64,000 nt of DNA from Eledone cirrhosa (lineage: Eukaryota). Numbering within the stretch: the stretch's first letter is position 1; every line of letters begins with the position of its first letter. Made by a program: the position numbers and the translations under genes. A model generated the notes under the pieces. It was given only the letters and a program-made list of their open reading frames with translations, was not told the origin of the DNA and did no database searches. Location: NCBI GenBank assembly GCA_964016885.1, contig OZ024740.1, positions 426,622,001 to 426,686,000 of the forward strand, written 5' to 3'. Below, one piece after another: positions 13,376 through 25,212 of the stretch.

Positions 13376-14986
13376 TTGGACGAATTCTGTGAACACATCA
13401 CAAACTTCCCTTACCAACACTTGCACAGACAAAAACACAAGCCAAACCTCAACAAGAAAGAATGGGAAGAATTAAATAGATTAAAAACCGACAGAACCAT
13501 TACAATTAAAGAGGCTGATAAAGGGAGTACAGTAGTCCTAATGGAGACAGAATTCTATATCAACTTAGCGCTCTCCACTTTGGAAAACGAAACATACTAC
13601 GAAAAGGCTGAACACTACAATCAACAGAAAATTATGAGAAACCTAAAAACTCTAATCAAGCAATACAAAGAAGGACTCACTAACAAGGAATTCAGCTTCA
13701 TCACAGACTTCACAAGTAAATCCAGCCTTTTCTACGGTATCCCTAAAGTACATAAAAGCGAATCAATAAGTAAGGCATGCAAGGAAGTCACAGACATAGT
13801 CATCAATGTCCCCTCACCCAATGATCTCAAATTAAAACCTATAATAGCAGGCCCCGCTTGCGAAACGCACCGTCTTAGCAACTTCATTGATACCCTTCTC
13901 AAACCCTTCCTCAAGCACATCAAAAGCTATATAAGGGACGACCTAGATATGCTCAATCACCTCCCTAATATGCCACTTTCTGAACAAACCCTACTAGTGA
14001 CGTTCGATGTAGTCAACCTATACTCCAACATCCCCCACAACCTAGGAATAGAAGCTATCCAATTTTGGCTGGATAATTTCCACAATGAACTCCCACAACG
14101 CATCAAAAAAGAATTCGTGATAGAGGGACTAAAATTTATCTTGGAGAACAATTACTTCGTTTTCAATAACAAACCCTACAGGCAAAAATCTGGGACCGCT
14201 ATGGGAACGAAAACAGCCCCTACTTATGCCAACCTAGTCATGGGATACCTGGAAATCACCCTCTACACTAAAGTCCTAAACAAATTTGGAAACACCCTCC
14301 ACTTACACATTGAAAGGAACTGGAAGCGATATCTAGATGACTGCTTCATCCTTTGGCACGAAAACATCGAAAAACTTAAAGAATGTCACACCCTTATAAA
14401 TGGGCTCAACACAAATATTAACTTCACGATGGAATACAGCCATCAACAACTCCCCTTCCTCGACATCCTTATTAAGATCCAAAACAAAAAAATAGAAACA
14501 GACATATACTACAAGCCCAAAGACTCCAAGCAATATCTCCCCTTCAACTCTTGCCACCCTAGACACGTTAAAATTAATATTCCCTACAACTTAGCCAAGA
14601 GAATCTGTACTATAGTCTCCAATAAAAACATCTGCTACTTACGGCTACAAGAACTAAAGGACACACTCATAGGCAGGGACTACCCTGCATCACTAATTGA
14701 CAATGGAATCCAACGTGCCCTAAAACTCAGTACCCAGGACCTTAGACACCCTAAAGTAAATCAACCAAAACTAAAAGCTCTTCCATACATCTCCACACAC
14801 AACCCCCTCAACAATGAGGCCTTTGACACCATCCTCCAGAACATCCCTGTATTGAAAAAGGACCATAGAATGAACCAAATTCTACGAACACACGATATCA
14901 TAAAGAGCAAAAGACAATCCAAGTCAATGAAAAACGTCTTAACACATGCCAAAGTATGCCAACCACAACAACGAAACCCACAGTAA
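13376..14986 (+). CDS. Penelope-like reverse transcriptase (5'-truncated)
   Basis: ADKG, FYGIPKVHK, FDVVNLYSNI, GTAMG, RYLDD, LPFLD motifs. Confidence 0.9.
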   Translation: MDEFCEHITNFPYQHLHRQKHKPNLNKKEWEELNRLKTDRTITIKEADKGSTVVLMETEFYINLALSTLENETYYEKAEHYNQQKIMRNLKTLIKQYKEGLTNKEFSFITDFTSKSSLFYGIPKVHKSESISKACKEVTDIVINVPSPNDLKLKPIIAGPACETHRLSNFIDTLLKPFLKHIKSYIRDDLDMLNHLPNMPLSEQTLLVTFDVVNLYSNIPHNLGIEAIQFWLDNFHNELPQRIKKEFVIEGLKFILENNYFVFNNKPYRQKSGTAMGTKTAPTYANLVMGYLEITLYTKVLNKFGNTLHLHIERNWKRYLDDCFILWHENIEKLKECHTLINGLNTNINFTMEYSHQQLPFLDILIKIQNKKIETDIYYKPKDSKQYLPFNSCHPRHVKINIPYNLAKRICTIVSNKNICYLRLQELKDTLIGRDYPASLIDNGIQRALKLSTQDLRHPKVNQPKLKALPYISTHNPLNNEAFDTILQNIPVLKKDHRMNQILRTHDIIKSKRQSKSMKNVLTHAKVCQPQQRNPQ

Positions 14987-15390
14987 AAAAATGCGATAGA
15001 CCCAACTGTGGCATTTGCATCAACCTAATAGAGGGTTCGGAATTCTATTTCAAAGATGGACAACGTTTTATAGTAAAACACAATTTCACATGTGCATCGG
15101 AAAATCTAATATATGTATTAACTTGTTCAGGTTGTCGAGAACAATACATAGGCCAGACCAAAAACAGCCTCCGCCAACGCATGACTGTCCATAGATCCCA
15201 AATTAAAATACGGGAATACAGGAAAATACCACTGAGTGAACACATTGATACCTGTGCCGCCCAAAATCATCCCAACTTCAGAATCTTTCCCCTCTACAAA
15301 TTTAAAGATAATGCCACCCACACCCAGCGCATCAGCAAGGAATCTTACTTCATCAACAAATACGGACCCCCTCTAAACACTTCTCCCTAA
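14956..15390 (+). CDS. GIY-YIG endonuclease of PLE A (frameshifted from RT)
   Basis: CDRPNCGIC linker, NLIYVLTC...QYIGQT, R..H, E..FI. Confidence 0.88.
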   Translation: MPTTTTKPTVKKCDRPNCGICINLIEGSEFYFKDGQRFIVKHNFTCASENLIYVLTCSGCREQYIGQTKNSLRQRMTVHRSQIKIREYRKIPLSEHIDTCAAQNHPNFRIFPLYKFKDNATHTQRISKESYFINKYGPPLNTSP

Positions 15391-15918
15391 GACGAACCCA
15401 CAACATACACACGTCAACATACATACCTACATCAGCACACATCTCTACCCACATATAAACACAATGACACACGTAAACACACATGCTCTACGGTGCAATA
15501 CAAAGAAATATATGTGCATATATATGTATGTATATATGTATATATATATATATATATGTAGTGAATATATGTATGTGTATATATATATAGTGAATATCAT
15601 TTCACACCTTTTATTGTTAAGATTTTTGATGTTCTATTAAGAGAACCGATTTTACTGAAAAAATGGAATAATGTACACCATTTTACCAGGGGGAAAAAAA
15701 TACTGGTCCCCCCCCCCACACACACACACATATATATACACCAACACATATACACGCGTACATCAACATACAAAGAGACTTATATACACACACACACACA
15801 CACGCGCACTCTCCGTATAAGACAAAAGCTGAAAAATATCTTTTGACATGCTAAAATACCCCCCATTGCCTTCAGACACATTCTTACTGACGATCCCTGC
15901 CACCACAAATTACTCTGC

Positions 15919-15995
<77 letters not shown>

Positions 15996-16073
15996 ATCTT
16001 AATAGCCATTTGACACACATCGCTGATGGCCATTGTCGCAGCATCGAACACCTTACTACTACTACTACACACA

Positions 16074-16158
<85 letters not shown>

Positions 16159-16368
16159 TTGTTGTGAAAGAGTCATTTCTCAATCTTGGCGCAAAATCAA
16201 CTTTTTACATTCACATGACCTCTACCGACCAATCAAAATTGTTTTGACCACAAGAATTTTTGCAACACAAAATTAACGGTGGAGCCACTTTTTTAACATA
16301 AAAACAGGTAGAATTCCCAAAACTAATCAGATCAGAGCAAACAGCACGGACACTCTATCTCAAAATTA

Positions 16369-16405
16369 TTTTTGAAAAGCATTTAGAAATGCGCAACCGG
16401 TAAAA
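16369..16405 (+). ncRNA. variant hammerhead-like motif in PLE A 3' region
   Basis: TTT-TTGAAAA-GCATT taga AATGC-GCAA-CCGG-TA-AAA; U3-A8 core, A13C, palindromic loop 3, weak stem I. Confidence 0.45.
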
Positions 16406-16566
16406 ACTTAAAAACTTAAAACCACAACTGAATACTAACCCATACAATCACTAATACTCTTTTATTCCTAATTAAACCATTTTTCAACTGTGAACAATTT
16501 GTCAGAATTTTCTATTCCGTTTACCAATATATATATATATACATATATACATATATACATATATAT

Positions 16567-16654
16567 ATTACAGCACATCTTCCATTGACACCTGTTGTCG
16601 TTTAATATATATATATTAAACGACAACAGGTGTCAATGGAAGATGTGCTGTAAT
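16567..16654. repeat. perfect palindrome centred on a TA run
   Basis: ATTACAGCACATCTTCCATTGACACCTGTTGTCGTTTAA and its exact reverse complement around (TA)n. Confidence 0.9.
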
Positions 16655-16671
16655 TTTCAATTCCGAGAAAT

Positions 16672-16745
16672 TACTCTACATATTTCAATGGCCCAGCTCC
16701 ATCATCCATTTATGATGCAAGACAGAGCGATCTCATCAGGTGACT
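16672..16745 (-). ncRNA. degenerate hammerhead-like motif
   Basis: CTGATGA...CATCAT/ATGATG...GAAA-TATG-TA; stem I poor. Confidence 0.35.
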
Positions 16746-16894
16746 CGACAGAATTTCAAAACAGGTTTACGTATAACCCATACTTATCGTGGAAGATAAG
16801 AAAAAGAGAATAATAGGATATTGAAAAATGAAAAATGAAAATTTGATTTGGGGTCTACCTCTAAAAACAGTGTGTAAAGGTATAATTAGATTGT

Positions 16895-16949
<55 letters not shown>

Positions 16950-16977
16950 GTAGATAGATAGATAGATAGATAGATAG
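16895..16977. repeat. (TAGA)n microsatellite
   Basis: Direct reading. Confidence 0.95.
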
Positions 16978-17557
16978 GGAGAGATACAACCCTCATCTCC
17001 AGGAGCACCAAGAGTGAGTACTCCCTTCCTCTCTTCATCTTTTTCCTCAACCTACAGGCTTATATAGAGAGAAAGCCCAACCACTCGGGCCATCTTTGCC
17101 ACATTCACCCACCTTTTATAAAATTTGCTGGGGTACAGCACTCTCTCTCCATCCTGATTCTTCTTCCAAAATGATATTTGAAAAAACGAATCAGTTGCTG
17201 GCCGGAGAGAAAGGTGTTTAACCTCAGCCCTTTTAACCTCGTCCACCATATAACCTCTTTCACCATAGCCATAACACATAGGAAAACCGCCTCTCCCTCG
17301 TTTTTGAAGGAGGGTGGCGGTTTTATCATGACAATATACTCGGTGGTCAACTGGATTGGTCCCACCCGCGACAATAGTCGTTCTACATAGCCCCACAGGT
17401 CGGTAACGCCCGGGCAGCGTACGAATGCGTGTGCGACGGCTTCCTCGTCGCGCACGCATCTCGGACAGATCTTTTTCGAAGAGTCCCTACCCGGGCGCCT
17501 GTGTCTGTAGAGCTTGTCACGAACTGGTAGAGCTCCTCGGTAGCACTGCCAGACCAT
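16978..17557 (-). mobile_element. 5'-truncated Tx1/L1-clade LINE, ORF2 C-terminus
   Basis: WQCYRGALPVRDKLYRH...CPRC..EAVAHAFVRC...WWTRLKGL, homologous to 51718-52206; 3' end abuts (TCTA)n. Confidence 0.85.
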
Positions 17558-18189
17558 TATAATGTGGCTATTTCTTTATCATAACTTATCTTGTTGTTAG
17601 TATTTACATCTACATATATAGAAACACGCAATCTCACATACACACTTATTCACACATACATTTACACATACACATATATATATATACACATACACACACA
17701 TACACAGACATACTTACTCACACATACACAGACGCACACACACACTCACAGACACACACACATAAACACAAGCACACAGACCCGGAAACACACACGTACA
17801 CACATGCAGAAACACATGCACACACACAGACCCAGACATAGACACGTACACACATACACACATACAGACACACACGTAGACACGCGTACACACACACACA
17901 CAGAGAAAATACACATACATAAACAGTGAGATATAAAATGGAAGTATATCGATATATTTCCGGTTACATCTAAAACAAAAGTTGTTGATGAGATTAACTC
18001 AAGATTTCAGTTTCTAATCAAAAGTTTCGGGAGAAAGAAGCGAATAACAACTTCGTCAAAGACAGCAAACATCTTACACTTACTGTTACTCTTCAGCAGC
18101 ATCCCTGTTATCTTCATACACAACATCTTCCTCCGTATCATCCTCACATTTCACGACCACCTCCGCCGCCACCACCACCACCACCGCCA

Positions 18190-19408
18190 CAACCACCAAC
18201 ACTATCACCACCAACACTATCACCACAAATACTATGACCACTAATACTATGACCACCAATACTATCATCACCAATACAATCACGACCAACACTATCAACA
18301 CCAACACTATCACCACCAACACAATCACGACCAACACTATCACCACCAATACTATCACCACCAATACTATCATCACCAATACTATCACCACCAATACTAT
18401 CATCACCAATACTATCACTACCGATACTATCACCACCAACACTATCATCACCAATACTATCACTACCAATACTATCACTACCAATACTATCATCAACAAT
18501 ACTATCACTACCAATACTATCACCACCAACACTATCACCACCAATACTATCATCAACAATACTATCACTACCGATACTATCACCACCAACACTATCACCA
18601 CCAACACTATCACCACCAATACTATCATCACCAACACTATCACCACCAACACTATCACCACCAACACTATCACCACCAATATTATCACCACCAACACTAT
18701 CACCACCAATACTATCATCACCACCAATACTATCACCACAACAAATATTATCACCACCAACACTATCATCACCAACACTATCACCACCAATACTATCACC
18801 ACCAATACTATCAGCACCACCACTATTATCAGCACCAATATCATCACCACCAACACTATCACCACCAACACAATCACCACCAACACTATCACCACCAACA
18901 CTATCACCACCAATACTATCAGCACCAATACTATCAGCACCACCACTATTATCAGCACCAATATCATCACCACCAACACTATCACCACCAATACTATCAG
19001 CACCAACACTATCACCACCAATACTATCATCACCAATACTATCACCACCAACACAATCACCACCAACACTATCACCACCAACACAATCACCACCAACACT
19101 ATCACCACCAACACAATCACCACCAACACTATCACCACCAACACAATCACCACCAACACTATCACCACCAACACTATCACCACCAATACTATCAGCACCA
19201 ATACTATCAGCACCACCAATATTATCACCACCAACACTATCACCACCAATACTATCTTCCCCAATACTATCACCACCAATACTATCACCACCAATACTAT
19301 CAGCACCACCAATATTATCACCACCAATAATATCACCACCAACACTATCACCACCAGTACTATCACCACCACCAATACTATCACCACCAATACTATCTTC
19401 ACCAATAC
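18190..19408. repeat. 15 bp minisatellite (AATACTATCACCACC)n
   Basis: Direct reading; ORFs on both strands are compositional. Confidence 0.95.
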
Positions 19409-20168
19409 TTATGGCTCACTATGTATTTTGTTTACCTTCCTTGTCTCACACTGACAAACAACCCTCTCAACTTTTCTGGCAGACATTCAAACACCTTCTA
19501 TTAATGCTACTACTACAACCACTACTACCACCACCGCCACCACCACCACCACTACCACCATTACCACCACCACCACCACCACTACCACCACCACTACCAC
19601 CACCACCACTACCACCACTACCACCACAATGACTATGCTGTACTCTCTATACCGACATACCTTAGCTTATTACCACCCACTCATTACCAAACTTCAAGCA
19701 ATAAATACATGAAATCTTAAAATCTTTTGAAAACTTCCTTCAACATTCCGCCATATTCTTCCTCCTAAAACCCAATTCTTTACTTGAAGACAATTTATAA
19801 ACAACCGTTCTAGCGTTTAACTTTGTTATTGTGTCACAACGTAAATATGGCCAGCATCGTAGGTAATAAGTAGCCACATTTCTTACCTATTCTAAGAAAA
19901 CGGAAGTAAATATATATATATAACCCCCCCCCCCCCCCGCTCTCAAGCGTGACCCTAATACTAACACTTTGTACTGCACACTTCGCTTTGTTTTTGTTTT
20001 TTGTTTTATATATATATATATATATATATATTGTTATACTTTGGGAGGGTCATGTTGCCAATAAGAAACACACGCACCAGTTGTTTCACTTCAATTTATT
20101 ATATATTTATAAATTTATAAATTTCTGGTTGGTTGGTTGGTTCCACAACCAGATAGTTGTTTATATAT

Positions 20169-20213
20169 AGTCATAGCCCTTTCGTCACACACTCTGTGAC
20201 CTCTTCAGTGACT
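20169..20213 (-). ncRNA. hammerhead motif (inverted arm of PLE B)
   Basis: AGTCA-CTGAAGA-G-GTCACA..TGTGAC-GAAA-GGGC-TA-TGACT. Confidence 0.75.
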
Positions 20214-20477
20214 GGGGATTCCTTTCTTTGTTTCTGTGCCTCTCCTTTGTTCTGTCCTACGCCATTTTGTTTCTGTGTGTGTGTTGTGTGCTCAGTTTGC
20301 GCATGCGACACATCCGGGTGTCTGTGTGTGTTTATGTTCATTTATCTATTTGTTTATTTATTTATTTATTTATTTACATGTTATTGGTTGGTTGTTTGTT
20401 CTATGTGTGTGTGTGTTTTCATTTTGTCCTTAATTGTAAATTGTGATGTTGCTGTTCCACTCATATTTTCTATTTAA

Positions 20478-21849
20478 AAACCACGATGAACTGAAGAAAA
20501 TGATTGCACATGCGGTAGGGGCCAGCATAAAACTAACCCTTAAGGAACATATGTTCAAATTTAATGGAAAAACATATGCCCAAGAGGAAGGAGCAGCCAT
20601 TGGTGTTAGCATTGCAGGCGACATAGTTAACTTATTCATGGTATGGTGGGACAGTAGACTTAAACTTAAACTTAAAGAATAATTAGAAGACAGCTTAACC
20701 CTGATAATGTACTCCCGCTACGTAGATGATATAAACTTCGTAGTTAAGACACCCCCACTAGAGAACAGTCAGGAACTAGAGAAAAAGACAATGGAAAGCA
20801 TCCAGCAAATAGCAAACTCCATCCACCAGAGCATTAGAGTTACTATAGACTACCCAAGTAGACACCCCAACCATCGATTACCTGTACTAGACACAGAGCT
20901 CTGGTTAGATACCATTAACAACCAAAAACAAATCCTCCATTCCCATTATGCCAAACCCATGACTTCCAAATACCTGATCCACCGAAACTCGGCCATTTCG
21001 GACCATACCAAAATCAACATACTGATTGCGGATTTGGTACGGGTGATGAGAAATGTGTCGCGCATGTGCAACCCCGAAGAACTAGAGAGACACATACAAC
21101 ACTTCATCCACCGTATGCAGTTCTCTGGCTACAATCAGAGAGATAGAATCAGAGTGTATAGAGGAGCCAGAACCAAATGGGAAAAAATGGTAAATAATGA
21201 CATAAATGGGACCTGCCCCTTGTATAGGAGCAAATTTTGGAATAAAATAGAAAGAACTAGGAACAAGGCTAATAGAATAAACTCATGGTATGATAGCAAT
21301 AAATACCAGAGTGTAATGTTCATCGATACAACCCCTAGAGGCGAACTAGCCTACAAATTTAGAAGGGCACTAAATAAACATAAACTCAATATTAAGATAG
21401 TAGAAAGACCAGGTACCTCCGTAAAAACACTTATCAGCACGACATACCCTTTTCAAAGACCCTCATGTATATATAAGAAATGTATAACCTGTAAAATAAG
21501 CCCCCATATTAACTGTAAAACTAGAAATGTAGTGTATAGCATAAGATGTACTGAAGGACAATGTAGAAACCAAAATATAGTGTACATAGGTGAGACAGCT
21601 CGTAGTATAGGAGAACGGATAAATGAACACTGGCGAGACCTTCAAGATAATAAAGAATCATCTGTACTCTACCAACATGCTAAGATAGAACACAAGGGTA
21701 AATTAGAGAACATAGAAATAAAAATAGAATCTACACACAGAAAAGATGCAATGTTTAGACAAATTACAGAGGCAATAAACATAAAAGAATTACAACCAAA
21801 ATTAAATAGAAAATATGAGTGGAACAGCAACATCACAACTTACAATTAA
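20478..21849 (+). pseudogene. PLE B RT-GIY-YIG ORF, 5'-truncated, one in-frame TAA at 20680-20682
   Basis: GAAIG...FMVWWD, RYVDD, TIDYPS..RLPVLD, MQFSGY, CIYKKCITC, NVVYSIRC...YIGET. Confidence 0.85.
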
Positions 21850-22061
21850 GGACAAAATGAAAACACACACACACATAGAACAAACAACCAACCAATAACA
21901 TGTAAATAAATAAATAAATAAACAAATAGATAAATGAACATAAACACACACAGACACCCGGATGTGGCGCATGCGCAAACTGAGCACACAACACACACAC
22001 AGAAACAAAATGGCGTAGGACAGAACAAAGGAGAGGCACAGAAACAAAGAAAGGAATCCCC

Positions 22062-22106
22062 AGTCACTGAAGAGGTCACAGAGTGTGTGACGAAATGACT
22101 ATGACT
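22062..22106 (+). ncRNA. hammerhead motif in PLE B 3' region
   Basis: AGTCA-CTGAAGA-G-GTCACA..TGTGAC-GAAA-TGAC-TA-TGACT. Confidence 0.75.
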
Positions 22107-22320
22107 ATATATAAACAACTATCTGGTTGTGGAACCAACCAACCAACCAGAAATTTATAAATTTATAAATTTGTAAATTTATAAATATATAATGAATTGA
22201 AGTGAAAGCAACTGGTGCGTGTGTTTCTTATTGGCAAAATGACCCTCCCAAAGTATAACAATATCGGTTTCAACACACGATTTCAGATAAAGAATCTTGC
22301 CAAACAAATTCAGAAACGAA

Positions 22321-22367
<47 letters not shown>

Positions 22368-22479
22368 TAGTAATAATATTAAATTTGAAGACTAAAATCC
22401 AAAGAGGGCTCGATAAGGATAAATATATATCAAATATATAAGAACCGTAGAGCAAATATTTATTAAAATAACAGATTAA

Positions 22480-22530
22480 AGTTTAAGCAAAGAATCGCTG
22501 CTTTCACTCGTAACGGGATCTTCTGAAACT
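22480..22530 (-). ncRNA. variant hammerhead (CAGAAGA core), PLE C
   Basis: Counterpart of 24925-24975 with one stem II mismatch. Confidence 0.55.
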
Positions 22531-23456
22531 AACAAAGTCAATCTGTAAACGCAGAACTGGATATTTCAAAAAACGTTGCAACTGGAGGAAGACAGGAAGA
22601 CGATGCTTTGGTTCGTGGAAACGTTCGCTGGCTAAGAACGGGAAAAAACGAATATAATACGTCATTAATAGGAGCGGTGAAAAGCAATTACGCGCAAAGA
22701 CAGAACCATGTTTATTGTATAAAAGAGGTCGTAGACTAATGTTCTCTTAGGTGGTGCATAGAGACGTTCTCTGGTAATGAACGAAAAAACGAAGATAATA
22801 CGTCATATGTGGAGCGTGGAGAACAATAGCACGCAAAGACAAAACCACGTAAATGGTATAACAGAATTCGTAGACTAAATTCTAACTAGCAGACCGAATG
22901 AATCTCCGCTACAGAGTTAAGAACAAAGTAAATAAATACAATACAGAAGTAATAGAAATAAATAAATACAAACACGCAAACAAATACGTACATACACAAG
23001 CATACGCAAAAACTTACCATAGGTAAACAAAACCACGCACATATAAATATGTGTGTGTGTGTAAGCGTGTCTACAAATAAATAAATAATTATATAAACGT
23101 ATATAAATAAATAAATACGTATATAACAAACGCACACACATACCTACATGTAAATACACGAATGTTCGGAGACGTAAGTCAACCAAAACATGAAGTACAC
23201 ATATACACACGCCCTACATACGTACGAACCTGCATACTCACACAGACGCAAAACTCCCGTATACACATAGAACCATATGGACCAGAAATATAAAAAAATT
23301 ATACGCCATAGCAATCAAATATACGTACGCGAAAGTATACGTACCTTCACAAAACATACGGATAATATATACTTACCTACGCAAATAAGTAAAGGTATAA
23401 ACAAAAATATACTTAGCTCCCACATCGAGACGTAAAATGTCTACGTATAGATCGAA

Positions 23457-23990
23457 CTATCCGTTAGGGTATAACGTGGGGCTGTAATACAGGAAAGTTT
23501 TGTGCAATTTATGTTTACAAGCCGAAATTGCCACAGATTTTTTGTTTAAGATGTGGTCTGTGGCGTAGAGTATTTCCAGGGCCTCAGCGGCGCAGAGGTC
23601 ACATGATCTTTTATTTCCGTTATACGATCTAGCCCTAGCTAGGTTTTCCCAGTGTAACTTATATTGGGTGTAGTTGTCTTTTAGACTCCAGATATAAGCT
23701 GAAAGTGACGTCATATTCCTTCTAAGAGGGTAACGAAAAGAATGGGTATGCATGTAAAGACGCTGCTTGAATCTATTGGCAGTTAACCCTATGTAGACCC
23801 TACGGGACGTGGGTGTTACAACCTTACATTTGTAGACAATGTTACTAGAGAGGCAATTCCCGGATAGGGGGCAATCAACCCGATTCCTACTATTACAGTT
23901 AGTACTAACTACAGGGTTGCACGTGTTCCTACGGCTAGGTAGTTTAGCTAAATTTGAAGCTGTGATGTTATGTGCAAGGTTAGGAGTCAT
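23457..23990 (-). CDS. GIY-YIG endonuclease domain of PLE C (truncated ORF)
   Basis: CNSRNRVDCPLSGNCL, NIVYKC...YIGLT, FKQR..H..SF, LSAYIWSLK, CDLC. Confidence 0.85.
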   Translation of the reverse strand: MTPNLAHNITASNLAKLPSRRNTCNPVVSTNCNSRNRVDCPLSGNCLSSNIVYKCKVVTPTSRRVYIGLTANRFKQRLYMHTHSFRYPLRRNMTSLSAYIWSLKDNYTQYKLHWENLARARSYNGNKRSCDLCAAEALEILYATDHILNKKSVAISACKHKLHKTFLYYSPTLYPNG

Positions 23991-24924
23991 AGAGTGGATA
24001 TTTTACGTATTGATGTGGTAGCTAAGTATATGTTATGTTTATACCATTACTTATTTGCATAGATATGTATATATTACCTGTATGTTTTGTGAAGGTACGT
24101 ATACTTTCTCGTACGTATATTTGATTGTATATGTTATGGCGTATATTTTTATATATTCTAGTACATATGCTTTTGGTTATGTGTATACGGGTGTTTTGCG
24201 TCTGTGTGAGTATGCCGGTTCGTACGTATGTTGGGTGTGTGTATATGTGTACTTCATGTTTTGGTTGACGTACGTCTCCGAACATTTGTGTATTTACATG
24301 TAGGTATGTGTGTGCGCTTGTTATATACGTATTTATTTATTTATATACGTTTATTCAATTACTTATTTATTTGTATACACGCACACACACACGCACATAT
24401 TTATATGTGCGTGGTTTTGTATATCTATGGCGAGTGTTTTCGCGTATGCTTGTGTATGTACGTATTTGGATGCATGTATGTATTTATTTAATATCAATTA
24501 CCTCTGTATTGTATTTTATTTACTTTTTTCTTAATTCTGAAGCGGATAATCATTCGGTTTCCTAGTTAGAATTTTAGTCTACGACTTCAGCTATACCGTT
24601 TACGTGGTTTTGTCTTTGCGTGTAATTGTTCTCCACGTTCCACATATGACGTATTATCTTCGTTTTTTTCCGTTCATTGCCAGAGAACGTCTCTATGAAC
24701 CACCTAAGAGAACATTAGTCTACGACTTCTTTTATACCATAAACGTGGTTCTGTCTTTGCGTGTAATTGTTTTTCACCGCTCCTATTAATGACGTATTAT
24801 ATTCGTTTTTTCCCCGTTCTTTGCCAGGGAACGTTTCCACGAACCAAAGTATCATCTTCCTGTCTTCCTCCGGTTGCAACGTTTTTTGAAATATCCAATT
24901 CTGCGTTTACAGATTAACTTTGTT

Positions 24925-24975
24925 AGTTTCAGAAGATCCCGTTAAGGGTGAAAGCAGCGATTCTTTGCTTAAACT
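24925..24975 (+). ncRNA. variant type I hammerhead (U4A), PLE C
   Basis: AGTTT-CAGAAGA-T-CCC gttaa GGG-T-GAA-AGCAG..TTGCT-T-AAACT; all three stems pair. Confidence 0.62.
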
Positions 24976-25082
24976 TTAATCTGTTATTTTAATAAATATT
25001 TGCTCTACGGTTCTTATATATTTGATATATATTTATCCTTATCGAGCCCTCTTTAGATTTTAGTCTTCAAATTTATTATTAT

Positions 25083-25131
<49 letters not shown>

Positions 25132-25212
25132 TGTAACGAAGGAAGTGTGGTAAGGAACTAGTTGGACCATAACGCACAAGACACAAGAGTACTCAATATT
25201 TTGGGTAGTAGG

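Larger units (their letters stand above)
11767..16530 (+). mobile_element. Penelope-like element A (Neptune-like), 5'-truncated, with inverted 3' end at its 5' side
   Basis: RT + GIY-YIG ORFs; 11805-13319 is the reverse complement of ~15243-16530 (with local duplications); (TA)n flanks. Confidence 0.9.
20029..22263 (+). mobile_element. Penelope-like element B (Naiad-like), 5'-truncated, with inverted 3' end
   Basis: 20029-20477 is the reverse complement of ~21802-22263; RT + GIY-YIG ORF; hammerhead in both arms. Confidence 0.88.
22368..25087 (-). mobile_element. Penelope-like element C (possibly Hydra-clade), endonuclease only, with ~1.07 kb inverted arms
   Basis: 22368-23440 and ~23998-25087 are diverged inverted repeats around a GIY-YIG ORF; (TA)n on both flanks. 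Confidence 0.85.

Noticed and set aside
11767-16530. DNA transposon with long TIRs (also for B and C)
   Set aside because: No transposase; arms are copies of the retroelement 3' end, including coding sequence in A and B
18086-19454. Thr/Ile/Asn-rich or Val/Ile-rich proteins
   Set aside because: 15 bp minisatellite artefacts on both strands
20443-21900. Selenoprotein recoding in the Naiad-like PLE B
   Set aside because: The only in-frame stop is TAA, endonuclease cysteines use Cys codons, and no SECIS was recognised
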